From sequence record PZ445448.1: DNA of 64,000 bases. One strand, given 5' to 3'. The translations under genes were made by a program, and so were the position numbers. The notes under the pieces were generated by a model. That model did not search any database, had not been told where the DNA came from, and worked only from the letters and a program-made list of their open reading frames with translations. Shown piece after piece: positions 40,774-49,231 of the stretch (position 1 is its first letter; each line of letters begins with the position of its first letter). Origin of the DNA: a phage.

Positions 40774-41019
40774 ATGACTGAAGCAGTTGCTCGCGCAGGA
40801 CAGAAAGTACGTTGTGTTGAAGTAGGTTTTGGTGGCAAAGGGTGTCAAAACTTGACTCAAGGCAAGGAATATGCTGTTATCTCTGGTGGTGGCGACGAAA
40901 GTATTGTGTTCGAGGGCCACATCCTGGATGCTGAAAACTTTGAAATCTTTGACGACGATGGGGATCCGATCACCTGCCTGCTGGACGGGAATTGGGGAAC
41001 TTTCGAAGTGATTGGCTAA
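40774..41019 (+). CDS. hypothetical protein (81 aa)
   Basis: ATG after CAGGAGACC. Confidence 0.5.
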   Translation: MTEAVARAGQKVRCVEVGFGGKGCQNLTQGKEYAVISGGGDESIVFEGHILDAENFEIFDDDGDPITCLLDGNWGTFEVIG

Positions 41020-41102
41020 CAAATACCTATTGTAATTTACAGAAGGGGATGCTAAAATAGTGTCTCCTTCTATGTTGTTCAAATAAAATCGGAGATTCCA
41101 TA

Positions 41103-41471
41103 ATGGAACAAATGAACGATCAAGAGTCGGTTGCGATGAACGAGCAAGAACAACCTCAAGAATTTTTCTTAGGGTTAAGTAAAGATCAAGTGTCTCTTTT
41201 GCTAGTGCTTTCTTCTTTCATGGGAAGACTTCAGGAGCTCACACAACAACCGGAGGCTGAACAATTATTTCAGGCTCTGCGTGAAGAAGAAAAATATCGT
41301 CGTTTGGACTATGCCTTAGGTTGGGTAGCTCAACAACGAGATATGCTGATGGCCCTCTCTGGGACCACAAGTTTTGCAATGGGCCTGTTGGCTCAAGTTC
41401 AGGACAAATTAATTCAAGCAGGGTTTGCACACACGGCAAACACTAACGAAGAACAAGGAGACAAAGAATGA
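41103..41471 (+). CDS. hypothetical protein (122 aa)
   Basis: ATG after AATCGGAGA. Confidence 0.5.
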   Translation: MEQMNDQESVAMNEQEQPQEFFLGLSKDQVSLLLVLSSFMGRLQELTQQPEAEQLFQALREEEKYRRLDYALGWVAQQRDMLMALSGTTSFAMGLLAQVQDKLIQAGFAHTANTNEEQGDKE

Positions 41472-42694
41472 GCGTTATTCAACAATTCGCTAACCCGATG
41501 AATCCGCGTGAAACTGTTTTACTGGCTCACGGCATGATTAAACGCGTCAGCATCAAGCCTATCAAAGGTGCTGATCCTACAACAGGTATTAAAACCACTG
41601 TGTGGCAAGGTAAGAAAATTGAATCCAGCCACACCATCTCTTTACTGATTTCTGAACTGGATTCCTCTGATAACCTACTTCAAGGTGGTGAAGAAGTTTG
41701 GATCAGTATGGGCGATAAGCTGCTTAAACCGGGTCATCAAGACTCTGTCTCTGTTAAAATTGATGACAAGTGGGAAACCGTAACGCCAGGATGGATCGTA
41801 AATATCCCTTTGAAGGCAAACGAGCATAACGGTAAGACCTACTACAAAGGCTCACTGGCTAAGATGGTTAAGCTGGGTGCAGGAGAGGCTCCAGCAGCGA
41901 CTCAGCAGCAAAAACAGCAACAAGGTGCACAATCACAAGGCCAGAAGCAGAAACCTCAGCAGAATGCCAATCAGGACGTTTTACGCATCTATGGTGATGT
42001 GACTCAGATTGTTGGCAACGTGGTTACTGTAAATGATCACAAGATTGGCGAAGGTGCTATGGTTGTAACTGATGAGCAGCTTAAAGACCTGGTGGTAGGT
42101 GGTCGTGTTGCAGCCATTGTGGACAAAGACACCGGAAACATTATCAGTGGTTTCAAAGCCTACCCACCTAAGGCAGAGAACGGCACTCAAGGCCCTGGTG
42201 GCAAGCGTAAATCCTCTTACGACCCTATTGGTGTGGAGACGGGGCATAGCATCAATGCGTTGCAGATCATCCTGGATCGTGGGTTTAAGGTAGACGACCC
42301 ACTAGGCGTGGCTAAAACACTGCACGTAGTCACCATCGAGCTTAAGAAAGAGTATGCTCAAGCCACCAACCGAACTGAAGATGAAGTAGGTGCCAGTGTC
42401 GGTAATGCGGTGTTGAACGCTTGTCGCCGTATTGACAAGAAAACGAAAGTTGATGATTTTGCAGCGGCAATTACTGCAGAAGCAAAAGATGTCTTGACTA
42501 ATCTGGCTGAGCCGTTGTACGATTGGATCAAGAACGGTGCTGGGTCAACTGACCATCAAGAACCTCAGGCTGCCAAACAGGAAGCAGCTCCACAGCAAAA
42601 CACTGTAGACGCTCCTCCTGTAAATGATGGGGAAGATGACCCGATGGATCAGAATCCAGCACAGTATGACTTCTGTGATGACATACCGTTTTAA
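41468..42694 (+). CDS. SSB-like single-stranded DNA-binding protein
   Basis: C-terminal tip DFCDDIPF resembles the bacterial SSB acidic tail (DDDIPF); Gln-rich linker; N-terminal region plausibly OB-fold. Confidence 0.55.
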   Translation: MSVIQQFANPMNPRETVLLAHGMIKRVSIKPIKGADPTTGIKTTVWQGKKIESSHTISLLISELDSSDNLLQGGEEVWISMGDKLLKPGHQDSVSVKIDDKWETVTPGWIVNIPLKANEHNGKTYYKGSLAKMVKLGAGEAPAATQQQKQQQGAQSQGQKQKPQQNANQDVLRIYGDVTQIVGNVVTVNDHKIGEGAMVVTDEQLKDLVVGGRVAAIVDKDTGNIISGFKAYPPKAENGTQGPGGKRKSSYDPIGVETGHSINALQIILDRGFKVDDPLGVAKTLHVVTIELKKEYAQATNRTEDEVGASVGNAVLNACRRIDKKTKVDDFAAAITAEAKDVLTNLAEPLYDWIKNGAGSTDHQEPQAAKQEAAPQQNTVDAPPVNDGEDDPMDQNPAQYDFCDDIPF

Positions 42695-42708
42695 CAATTA
42701 GTTAACAT

Positions 42709-42737
42709 AGCCCTGCCCGAAAGGGTGGGGCATTTTT
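42709..42737 (+). terminator. rho-independent terminator (GNRA-loop hairpin), copy 2
   Basis: AGCCCTGCCC-gaaa-GGGTGGGGC plus ATTTTTG; same hairpin as 31729. Confidence 0.55.
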
Positions 42738-42756
42738 GTATAAGGAGATCTGAAAA

Positions 42757-43173
42757 ATGACATTAGAAGATATCATTGTTAAACCTGAGAACTATGACCA
42801 ATACAACCTGTCAACTCAATCTGTAGACCTTGGATGCGCCACAGTTAGTGCGTGGCTGGTTAATGGAAAAGAGCTGGACAAGTGCTTAGAAGCTCACATG
42901 TCTGTTAACAAGTTTCTGGATGAAAATACTCACTGGCTTGAGGGTGCTGGAGTATATGCTTCATGGTTGGAGAGCATGGGCTTTGACTATCAATCTGATG
43001 AAGGGTGGTGGAGCTATCTAGCTATCTGTCCAGAAACACTGCAATGCTTCATGAAATACTCTGAAGATCTTGAGTACCGGGCGGTGGTTGATAGTGCTAT
43101 TGCCCGTTATAGCCGTAAACCTTTTTCCCATGACATTAAAACTGTGGAAGAATTTGTTGAAGTTTTCTGTTGA
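42757..43173 (+). CDS. hypothetical protein (138 aa)
   Basis: ATG after TAAGGAGATC. Confidence 0.5.
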   Translation: MTLEDIIVKPENYDQYNLSTQSVDLGCATVSAWLVNGKELDKCLEAHMSVNKFLDENTHWLEGAGVYASWLESMGFDYQSDEGWWSYLAICPETLQCFMKYSEDLEYRAVVDSAIARYSRKPFSHDIKTVEEFVEVFC

Positions 43174-43269
43174 CACAGGTTGAAAGGTGTGCAATTATAA
43201 CTTCATAAAACGGGAGGACGTGATGAACGAAGAAAACTGGGATGTATAACTAACAGGAGGCCACTGCCC

Positions 43270-43467
43270 ATGATTTATCGAATCCGTGTAAGAGAAGATG
43301 CACCAGGCTGTTACTTTGACTGGCGTGGGTGGTGGTTTCTCCACCCAATGGATGGACTCACAGATAGAATGCTGGATGCTGCCCTTTATACAGATACCGA
43401 CATAGAGTATAATCTTTATCTGAAGGATGGTATAGATAACGGCCTGTTTGAAGCAATTCCTGTGTAA
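43270..43467 (+). CDS. hypothetical protein (65 aa)
   Basis: ATG after AACAGGAGGCC. Confidence 0.5.
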   Translation: MIYRIRVREDAPGCYFDWRGWWFLHPMDGLTDRMLDAALYTDTDIEYNLYLKDGIDNGLFEAIPV

Positions 43468-43592
43468 GAGACTGTGATAGCCATGTTTTATGATCTTCCT
43501 GTAGCACCACCTGTTGAACCTGGAGAACTAAGATGATCTATGAAATGCCAAAATTGATCCGTGACGATGCCTAAAACGCTCACACCATTATT

Positions 43593-43958
43593 ATGGGCAA
43601 ACGCATGGATATTATTTGTCATAAAGATTTCTGGGAAGGAAGTTACTTCACAGAATATTTTGGTAAACTGGACAATGGTCTGCTGATCCAGTTCTACACC
43701 GATGCGGAAAACAACATTCACTGGGAGTTCGAAACTGAAGATATCCATAAACTTTTCACCTTCCTCGGTATTAAGGTTGAGGCCAAGTTTGAAGAAGGTG
43801 AGTGCGACGATTGTGGATTCTATGAGGTAACAGATTTCTATCTCCCGAGTGGTGAGAACCTTTACTATGAGAGTCACTTCGGAAACACCAACATGCCTCA
43901 AAGCTGGGAAGAATTTTTCAGTATCGTAGAAGAGGAGCTGGCATACCGTGATTATTGA
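43593..43958 (+). CDS. hypothetical protein (121 aa)
   Basis: No clear RBS; start could be ATG 43605. Confidence 0.4.
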   Translation: MGKRMDIICHKDFWEGSYFTEYFGKLDNGLLIQFYTDAENNIHWEFETEDIHKLFTFLGIKVEAKFEEGECDDCGFYEVTDFYLPSGENLYYESHFGNTNMPQSWEEFFSIVEEELAYRDY

Positions 43959-44406
43959 TACTGTAAAGGGAGATTTAATCTCCCTTTTTAAGAGCGGTGC
44001 TGGTCACCTAATCCACGGTTGTAACTGCTTCCACACAATGGGTAAGGGCATAGCAAAACAGATTGCCCGTGAGTTTCCTCAAGCATTGTCAGCCGACAAA
44101 GAGACCAGACACGGTTGCCTAAGTAAACTGGGTGCGTTCTCCCGATGGGAGCACTTATCTCCGAGAGGTATTGTCTACGGAATCAATCTGTATACTCAGT
44201 TCTACCCAGGGCCTAATGCTGAATATTTCTCAATCCTGAAAGGCTTTGAGCTAGTCAATGAGGTATTCGAGGGATCGACTTTACCATTCTACATCCCTAA
44301 GATCGGGTGCGGCATAGGCGGTTTGAAGTGGGAGCACGTAGAGGACGTTATTAACCTCGCCACTTTTGATATAGATATTATCGTGGTGGAGTACAAAGAG
44401 TGTTGA
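43948..44406 (+). CDS. macro-domain-like protein (candidate ADP-ribose binding/hydrolysing)
   Basis: GTG start; GHLIHGCNCFHTMGKGIAKQIA resembles macro-domain N-x(5)-G-x-G-[VI]-A; later IGCGIGGL glycine-rich segment. Confidence 0.45.
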   Translation: MIIDTVKGDLISLFKSGAGHLIHGCNCFHTMGKGIAKQIAREFPQALSADKETRHGCLSKLGAFSRWEHLSPRGIVYGINLYTQFYPGPNAEYFSILKGFELVNEVFEGSTLPFYIPKIGCGIGGLKWEHVEDVINLATFDIDIIVVEYKEC

Positions 44407-44431
44407 CAGCCGACTTTTGAGATGGTATAGT
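44403..44431 (+). promoter_or_regulatory. sigma70-type promoter (TTGACA-17-TATAGT)
   Basis: TTGACA 44403-44408, TATAGT 44426-44431, upstream of 44463 gene. Confidence 0.5.
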
Positions 44432-44462
44432 CACCACAACGATTGAGAGAGGGAGCACCACT

Positions 44463-44663
44463 ATGGAGACTAAAATCTTAATTCTGGCTGTGATAGATAC
44501 GACCGAAGGGGCCGTGTTCGAATCTGCAGGAGGGTATTTCTACCTGCCCTACGGAAAAATAACTTCCGAACCGAGTAAAGATTCAATCCTTAAAGTGTTC
44601 CCTTGTGCTTTCTGGCTGGAGATTCTAGTAGAAGATTGCAGAGGATTGGGGAGAGAATTATGA
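44463..44663 (+). CDS. hypothetical protein (66 aa)
   Basis: ATG after GAGAGAGGGAGCACC. Confidence 0.5.
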   Translation: METKILILAVIDTTEGAVFESAGGYFYLPYGKITSEPSKDSILKVFPCAFWLEILVEDCRGLGREL

Positions 44664-44854
44664 GAAACAAGAAAGAGCTTTATTCTGGCGAGTGGATCAA
44701 CGATCAACAGGTCGGAGAGGTAACCTGCTTCCGGTGTTTTACTCGGTACAATCTTAAAACTGCACCAAAAAGTGTTCCAAAGACTGACGGTTATTACATA
44801 AAAGAACCTCATTGCCCAAAATGTAAATGCCGATTGTACTGGAGCAATCTATAA
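44660..44854 (+). CDS. zinc-ribbon protein (64 aa)
   Basis: ATGA-coupled; CFRC ... CPKCKC pairs. Confidence 0.5.
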   Translation: MRNKKELYSGEWINDQQVGEVTCFRCFTRYNLKTAPKSVPKTDGYYIKEPHCPKCKCRLYWSNL

Positions 44855-44858
44855 GAGG

Positions 44859-44886
44859 TTGACATCTGAAAACTGCAGTGTATAGT
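44859..44886 (+). promoter_or_regulatory. sigma70-type promoter (TTGACA-16-TATAGT)
   Basis: TTGACA 44859-44864, TATAGT 44881-44886, upstream of 44918 gene. Confidence 0.5.
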
Positions 44887-44917
44887 ATACGCATAAACTA
44901 ACAGAGAGCGATGTATT

Positions 44918-45109
44918 ATGGTAATTTTTAACCGGGATGGTATCATAGTTAGACAGCACCCGTTCCTTGAATACTATCAAATTGAGCAATGGTGCTACGG
45001 GGATTGCAGTCACTCCTATGGGCAAAGTTGGGGATATCGCACAGTTTTTGAATCAACAGACCTTGACAAAGTAAGACAGAAAGTTTTAGAACTTATTAAC
45101 AACAAGTGA
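44918..45109 (+). CDS. hypothetical protein (63 aa)
   Basis: ORF downstream of promoter. Confidence 0.5.
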   Translation: MVIFNRDGIIVRQHPFLEYYQIEQWCYGDCSHSYGQSWGYRTVFESTDLDKVRQKVLELINNK

Positions 45110-45118
45110 GTATGATAT

Positions 45119-45451
45119 ATGGTAACATTAGAAAGACGTAAAGCTATCGCCGCCACACTGGCAGACATCTTTTGGGATTGCAACTTAAAAGATACCAGAA
45201 ATTGTGGCGCATCTGTAGATGTATTATTCCCACGGCCCACCATTGTTGCAATGGGAAACCTGTTAAACGTAGTGTACGGAGCATGGGACAAAGAAGGTGG
45301 ATTCTATATCTGGCAACCTGACTACGGAGCCTGGAAAGAGGTAAGGGGTGCGGATGACTTTGGGCCTACAGTTGCTAAGATGGATGGCTGGGAAATTTAT
45401 GTTGGAAACGACATGAAGCTGAAAGGCGAGATTGTTTACTGGTTACCTTAA
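45119..45451 (+). CDS. hypothetical protein (110 aa)
   Basis: ORF after GAGTATGATAT. Confidence 0.5.
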   Translation: MVTLERRKAIAATLADIFWDCNLKDTRNCGASVDVLFPRPTIVAMGNLLNVVYGAWDKEGGFYIWQPDYGAWKEVRGADDFGPTVAKMDGWEIYVGNDMKLKGEIVYWLP

Positions 45452-45471
45452 GAAAGTGCAGGAGATAAAGT

Positions 45472-45717
45472 ATGAACAAAGGGTGGACATTTGTAGACGG
45501 CGTTAAAAACATGCCTCTAGGAAAGTATATCGTAGCCATGGCTGATGAGGATGGCAATGTAGATTTCGGAGCTTGCGAGGTTGTTCTTGCAGGATCTGGT
45601 AACTATGTGAGTAAAACCGGGATAATTAACGGTCAGTTCTACTTTGATCACAACCCTGTTGTAGCGTATATGGCTATGCCAGAGTTCAAGTTCCCAAAGG
45701 AGGGTGCAGATGTTTAA
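45472..45717 (+). CDS. hypothetical protein (81 aa)
   Basis: ATG after GCAGGAGATAAAGT. Confidence 0.5.
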   Translation: MNKGWTFVDGVKNMPLGKYIVAMADEDGNVDFGACEVVLAGSGNYVSKTGIINGQFYFDHNPVVAYMAMPEFKFPKEGADV

Positions 45718-45907
45718 GCTTAAATCTGCATGGAACATCGCTGTGGGGGACGAGATCCGTATCCCAGGTGGAAAGACCATTATGAAGATATCTCGTATTG
45801 AGTACGAAGGTGACCGTGTATTCCACATCTTCGCAGAAGATGGTCGAGAAATTTATATACAGGCAGGTTCTCACATTTATATCCGTAAGAAAGGGGACGA
45901 CAAATGA
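45710..45907 (+). CDS. hypothetical protein (65 aa)
   Basis: ATG 45710 after AAAGGAGGG; overlaps upstream gene end. Confidence 0.45.
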   Translation: MFKLKSAWNIAVGDEIRIPGGKTIMKISRIEYEGDRVFHIFAEDGREIYIQAGSHIYIRKKGDDK

Positions 45908-46233
45908 CAGAGATCATCATTTCAACTGCAGGGTATGTGTTCCTGACAATCATTGCACTGACTATTTTGGTGACAGTGTATGGGTTTGTTATCCTTCCTA
46001 TCCTTGAGACATTTAGTTTGTGTCGGTGTTGGAGAAAAGCTTACGGTCCACAACCATGGAAGGACTGGCCCCACCTGGTGCGCTTAGCGTTCTCTTATGC
46101 TTACGATCACTCCAGTAGTGCATGCATAACCGGATACCACGCCCACAACTGGAGCTGGGAAGGATTGAGGAAATGGAATGTTACAAAGACCATACCTCTA
46201 CGCATGTACAAACCTAAAAACAAAGACAGCTGA
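45904..46233 (+). CDS. hypothetical membrane protein (109 aa)
   Basis: ATGA-coupled; N-terminal hydrophobic helix IISTAGYVFLTIIALTILVTVYGFVILPIL. Confidence 0.5.
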   Translation: MTEIIISTAGYVFLTIIALTILVTVYGFVILPILETFSLCRCWRKAYGPQPWKDWPHLVRLAFSYAYDHSSSACITGYHAHNWSWEGLRKWNVTKTIPLRMYKPKNKDS

Positions 46234-46269
46234 TACTTGAAAATTCCTGGCATATCAAGTGTAAGGGGG

Positions 46270-46730
46270 ATTTCTAAAATGGATTTCCTCCTTTTGATAT
46301 TTCACCGGGCTGGATATTTTAAAATTCTTAGAAAATCAGAAAATGGATCGAAAACTAAAATGGATTTTTCAGAGTAGGCGCGACAAGCTGAATAACTCAT
46401 CCTATCGTTTGCACCATATTCCAGGCCACCATTATAGATTTCCCACACATGCTAACCTCCCTCTACTAGAACTTCCTCCACTTGCCCTTAACCTTCTATG
46501 GTAACAATCTAACCACTATCTTGAAGTTGCGGTGCAGCTTTCCAAGTACTCGATCTACTTTTCATTTCATGGCTTGGATTTTCTGAAAATTTTTCTCGAT
46601 AAATTTCTCAGTACTCGATCTGTTTTTCGTTTTCTGAATCGGATTTTCTGGAAATCGTTCCGGATCTCGACCTGAAATTTTTGGGGACGAAATCGATTTT
46701 TCGTTTTCAGAAATGGATTTTTAAAATTTC
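46270..46730. repeat. noncoding direct-repeat cluster (AAATGGATTTT / GGATTTTCTG units; GTACTCGATCT x2)
   Basis: At least six copies of the GGATTT-containing unit and a roughly 64 bp tandem duplication beginning AGTACTCGATCT; no ORF with RBS. Confidence 0.5.
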
Positions 46731-46869
46731 TATATGGGAATATTTTATGGGATACTGTTTTATAGGAAATTGTTACGGAGGGTAATTAGCATGCTAATTA
46801 AATTTATTAAATGCGAGGAGTTCTCATTTAGAATTTTGAATGATAATCATTCTCGTTTGCAGAATAACG

Positions 46870-46910
46870 GGCAGGCCCGGTGATTGTCTCCCCCGTCACC
46901 GGTGCCTGCC
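46870..46910. other. long GC-rich hairpin
   Basis: GGCAGGCCCGGTGA ... TCACCGGTGCCTGCC, about 14 bp stem with one bulge and an 11 nt loop. Confidence 0.45.
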
Positions 46911-46935
46911 GTCCTTTCGATAGGTATATTGTGCC

Positions 46936-47074
46936 ACCTGGCGGGGCCGCTGTCAACACTTTTCAAAAAATTTTTCTAACCTGATGCGCTAACCGCTGCA
47001 ACCTGGCGGGGCCAGCCTGGCAGGACCTAACTGACCAGGTAGGAGAGAATGAAGGCTTGTAAACCTGGTGGGCC
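46936..47074. repeat. three ACCTGG(C/T)GGGGCC iterons at 62-65 bp spacing
   Basis: Copies at 46936, 47001, 47063; a further degenerate copy near 47239. Confidence 0.5.
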
Positions 47075-47374
47075 TATGCTATAGGACAGGTAACAATTGA
47101 AGAGGAGGTACAAAAATGAAAGGTAATGTGATCCCCTGGAAAATGTAGCTATTAATGACGCTGAGGCTATCGCCCTGGTTGAAAAGGCCATGGCGGGAGC
47201 GTTGGAACATAAAGAAGAGTACGAAAAAATGATGGTTAACCTGGTAGGGCGGCGGCAGGTGGATTCTATCATAAAAAATAATTTAAAATAATTGTTGACA
47301 ACCGGGGGAGTCCTGCTATTCTTACCCTACAAGGTGAACAACACCGCACTAACTAGTAAAGAGGATAAAAAATC

Positions 47375-47572
47375 ATGAACGCATACGGAATCAAAGTACG
47401 TCGCAACACTCGCCAGGTGGTCACCGATCAAGTGGTTTGCCTGGTGGATGTAACCATCAACAACGGGCAAGGCCTTTATAAATTTCGTCGCGGTCATAGC
47501 TATACCCTGCAACAGCTTAATCGTTGCGCCCTGACAAAAGGTCAGATCAATCACTGGTTTAATAAAAAATAA
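47375..47572 (+). CDS. small-gene block protein (65 aa), unknown function
   Basis: ATG after AAAGAGGATAAAAAATC; promoter-like TTGACA at 47295. Confidence 0.55.
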   Translation: MNAYGIKVRRNTRQVVTDQVVCLVDVTINNGQGLYKFRRGHSYTLQQLNRCALTKGQINHWFNKK

Positions 47573-47575
47573 GTA

Positions 47576-47604
47576 TTGACATACGCCCCGACACAAAATA
47601 TACT
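47576..47604 (+). promoter_or_regulatory. sigma70-type promoter (TTGACA-17-TATACT)
   Basis: Hexamers at 47576-47581 and 47599-47604. Confidence 0.55.
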
Positions 47605-47636
47605 GAAATCACAAAAGACACTAAGAGGATAAAATC

Positions 47637-48035
47637 ATGAAAACCACAACCTTTAATTTTGACAATGCCGACTTCTCTTTTTCTGATGTCAAGAACTGCC
47701 GCCGTGATCGTGGATTTTACAAGGCTTATAATCTGGTTGGCCTGGACGATGATAATAATTTGCACGAAGTAGCGGAGATCCGGTACTATGCCGCCGCCAG
47801 CGGTAACACTAACTACTGCGTTTTTTGGATACACGACAACAAGAACAATAAGTACGGTTATACTGGCGGCAAGGCGAGCGGTCACGGTTATGATAAAGCT
47901 AACGCAGCACTTGAGAGCGCATTAAATGCTATGGGGATCACTGCCAACGGCTGGATCTATGAAGAAGAGTTTTTGTCAGCACTTGCTGCCCACCTGGGGT
48001 ATAAAAAGCACATTGTGACATGCGCCCACGAATAA
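47637..48035 (+). CDS. small-gene block protein (132 aa), unknown function
   Basis: ATG after CTAAGAGGATAAAATC. Confidence 0.6.
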   Translation: MKTTTFNFDNADFSFSDVKNCRRDRGFYKAYNLVGLDDDNNLHEVAEIRYYAAASGNTNYCVFWIHDNKNNKYGYTGGKASGHGYDKANAALESALNAMGITANGWIYEEEFLSALAAHLGYKKHIVTCAHE

Positions 48036-48127
48036 AAAAAAAAAAAATTATTGACACGCTGCAAAATTCAAGTAAACTATACACAAAAGGCGGGAATGTT
48101 TCCCGCCAACACAAAGGAAAAAAGATC

Positions 48128-48523
48128 ATGAATAAGAACGTACGCCGCATCATGAACGAACTGGCAAACGATGAAAAAATTATTGATATGCATTTGGTCA
48201 ACATTTGCCGCCGTTGTGTAACATATAACAACCGCGCCGCAAAAGCGCGTGAGATGAACGCAAAAGGCACCTTAAAGCCCTTTCAGGTGGTTGTAAAATC
48301 TATAACCAGTGCAGCAGGCCAGGCGCATGACCACAACAACGGGAGCACTAATATTGATCCGTCTTACGTAATGAAACGGATCCGGACTTGCAAGAATAAA
48401 GAGCAGGTGTATAACGTCATAGATTGGCTGGACTCCCTGGGCGATGTGGTTTATAATAGGTTTTCTGCAGCTATCGAGATCCAGCTTGACAGACTGGACG
48501 GGAAAGTACTGAAAACTTACTAA
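48128..48523 (+). CDS. small-gene block protein (131 aa), unknown function
   Basis: ATG after AAAGGAAAAAAGATC; leader hairpin GGCGGGAA-tgt-TTCCCGCC; TTGACA at 48043. Confidence 0.6.
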   Translation: MNKNVRRIMNELANDEKIIDMHLVNICRRCVTYNNRAAKAREMNAKGTLKPFQVVVKSITSAAGQAHDHNNGSTNIDPSYVMKRIRTCKNKEQVYNVIDWLDSLGDVVYNRFSAAIEIQLDRLDGKVLKTY

Positions 48524-48525
48524 GT

Positions 48526-48571
48526 TTATTTTTAGATGGCCTTGACGCCAGGGCCATCAATAAAGTAAACT
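48526..48571 (+). promoter_or_regulatory. dyad-embedded promoter-like element, copy 1
   Basis: TTATTTTTA-GATGGCC-TTGACG-CCAG-GGCCATC-AATAAAG-TAAACT; TTGACG sits in the dyad spacer, 18 nt to TAAACT. Confidence 0.45.
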
Positions 48572-48602
48572 AATCCCAGTTAAGCTAAAAGGAGGCTTGA
48601 AG

Positions 48603-48722
48603 ATGAGCACTACACGCCAGCACACAAAGGTAACTATTATCGTTTGCATCATTGGTTATATCCTGGCGCAAATGTTGATGGGTAGCGCCAACGGTGTCGC
48701 AAAATTTTTCTTAAACTTTTAA
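48603..48722 (+). CDS. small hydrophobic peptide (39 aa)
   Basis: ATG after AAAAGGAGGCTTGAAG; predicted single TM helix; below the 60 aa ORF-track cutoff. Confidence 0.5.
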   Translation: MSTTRQHTKVTIIVCIIGYILAQMLMGSANGVAKFFLNF

Positions 48723-48750
48723 TTGACAAGCTAACTTAGATCGGTATACT
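48723..48750 (+). promoter_or_regulatory. sigma70-type promoter (TTGACA-16-TATACT)
   Basis: Hexamers at 48723-48728 and 48745-48750. Confidence 0.55.
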
Positions 48751-48800
48751 AAACACATCAACGGGAAAACTTCCCAGAACACACAAAAGGAGAAAACACC

Positions 48801-49142
48801 ATGACCACTATGACCGCCGCAGAAAAAGCTATTCAGATCGCTGCCCTGAAAAAACAGATCGCAGACCTTGAGAATAAGATCGATAACTTTGAAATCGACG
48901 AGGACAAGTACGACGAAAACTATGATGAATGGTTAGACGAGATCTACGGCGAAATTATGATCGGAAACATTTCTTTTCTTCCGTCGCGTATCCTCAAGGA
49001 GCTAGATCCTATCGCTTACCGCTGCGGATTTAGCGACTACATCGACAGCCTGGATATTGAGGACGATGAAGAATACCAGGAATTACAGACAGAGTTGGAA
49101 GAAGCAAAAGAAGAGCTTGCGGAGCTGGAAGAAAACGAGTAA
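48801..49142 (+). CDS. highly acidic coiled-coil protein (113 aa), unknown function
   Basis: ATG after AAAAGGAGAAAACACC; Asp/Glu-rich throughout (DEDKYDENYDEWLDEIYGE ... ELEEAKEELAELEENE). Confidence 0.6.
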   Translation: MTTMTAAEKAIQIAALKKQIADLENKIDNFEIDEDKYDENYDEWLDEIYGEIMIGNISFLPSRILKELDPIAYRCGFSDYIDSLDIEDDEEYQELQTELEEAKEELAELEENE

Positions 49143-49144
49143 GA

Positions 49145-49190
49145 TTATTTTTAGATGGCCTTGACTCCAGGGCCATCAATAAAGTAAACT
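49145..49190 (+). promoter_or_regulatory. dyad-embedded promoter-like element, copy 2
   Basis: TTATTTTTA-GATGGCC-TTGACT-CCAG-GGCCATC-AATAAAG-TAAACT. Confidence 0.45.
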
Positions 49191-49231
49191 TTATACTGTT
49201 AACACTGAACTAATGCATAGGAGTTAAAACC

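Noticed and set aside
47027-47272. 81 aa minus-strand ORF in the repeat region
   Set aside because: No RBS, overlaps the iterons; a 10-codon plus-strand ORF with a strong RBS (47116-47148) lies in the same place and is equally unconvincing.
46234-47370. Possible CRISPR array among the short repeats
   Set aside because: Repeats are short, degenerate and irregularly spaced, with no uniform repeat-spacer periodicity and no cas genes.
48526-48571. Dyad element as a rho-independent terminator
   Set aside because: No T-run follows the hairpin on either strand; the embedded TTGAC hexamer and 18 nt spacing to a -10-like hexamer fit a promoter better.
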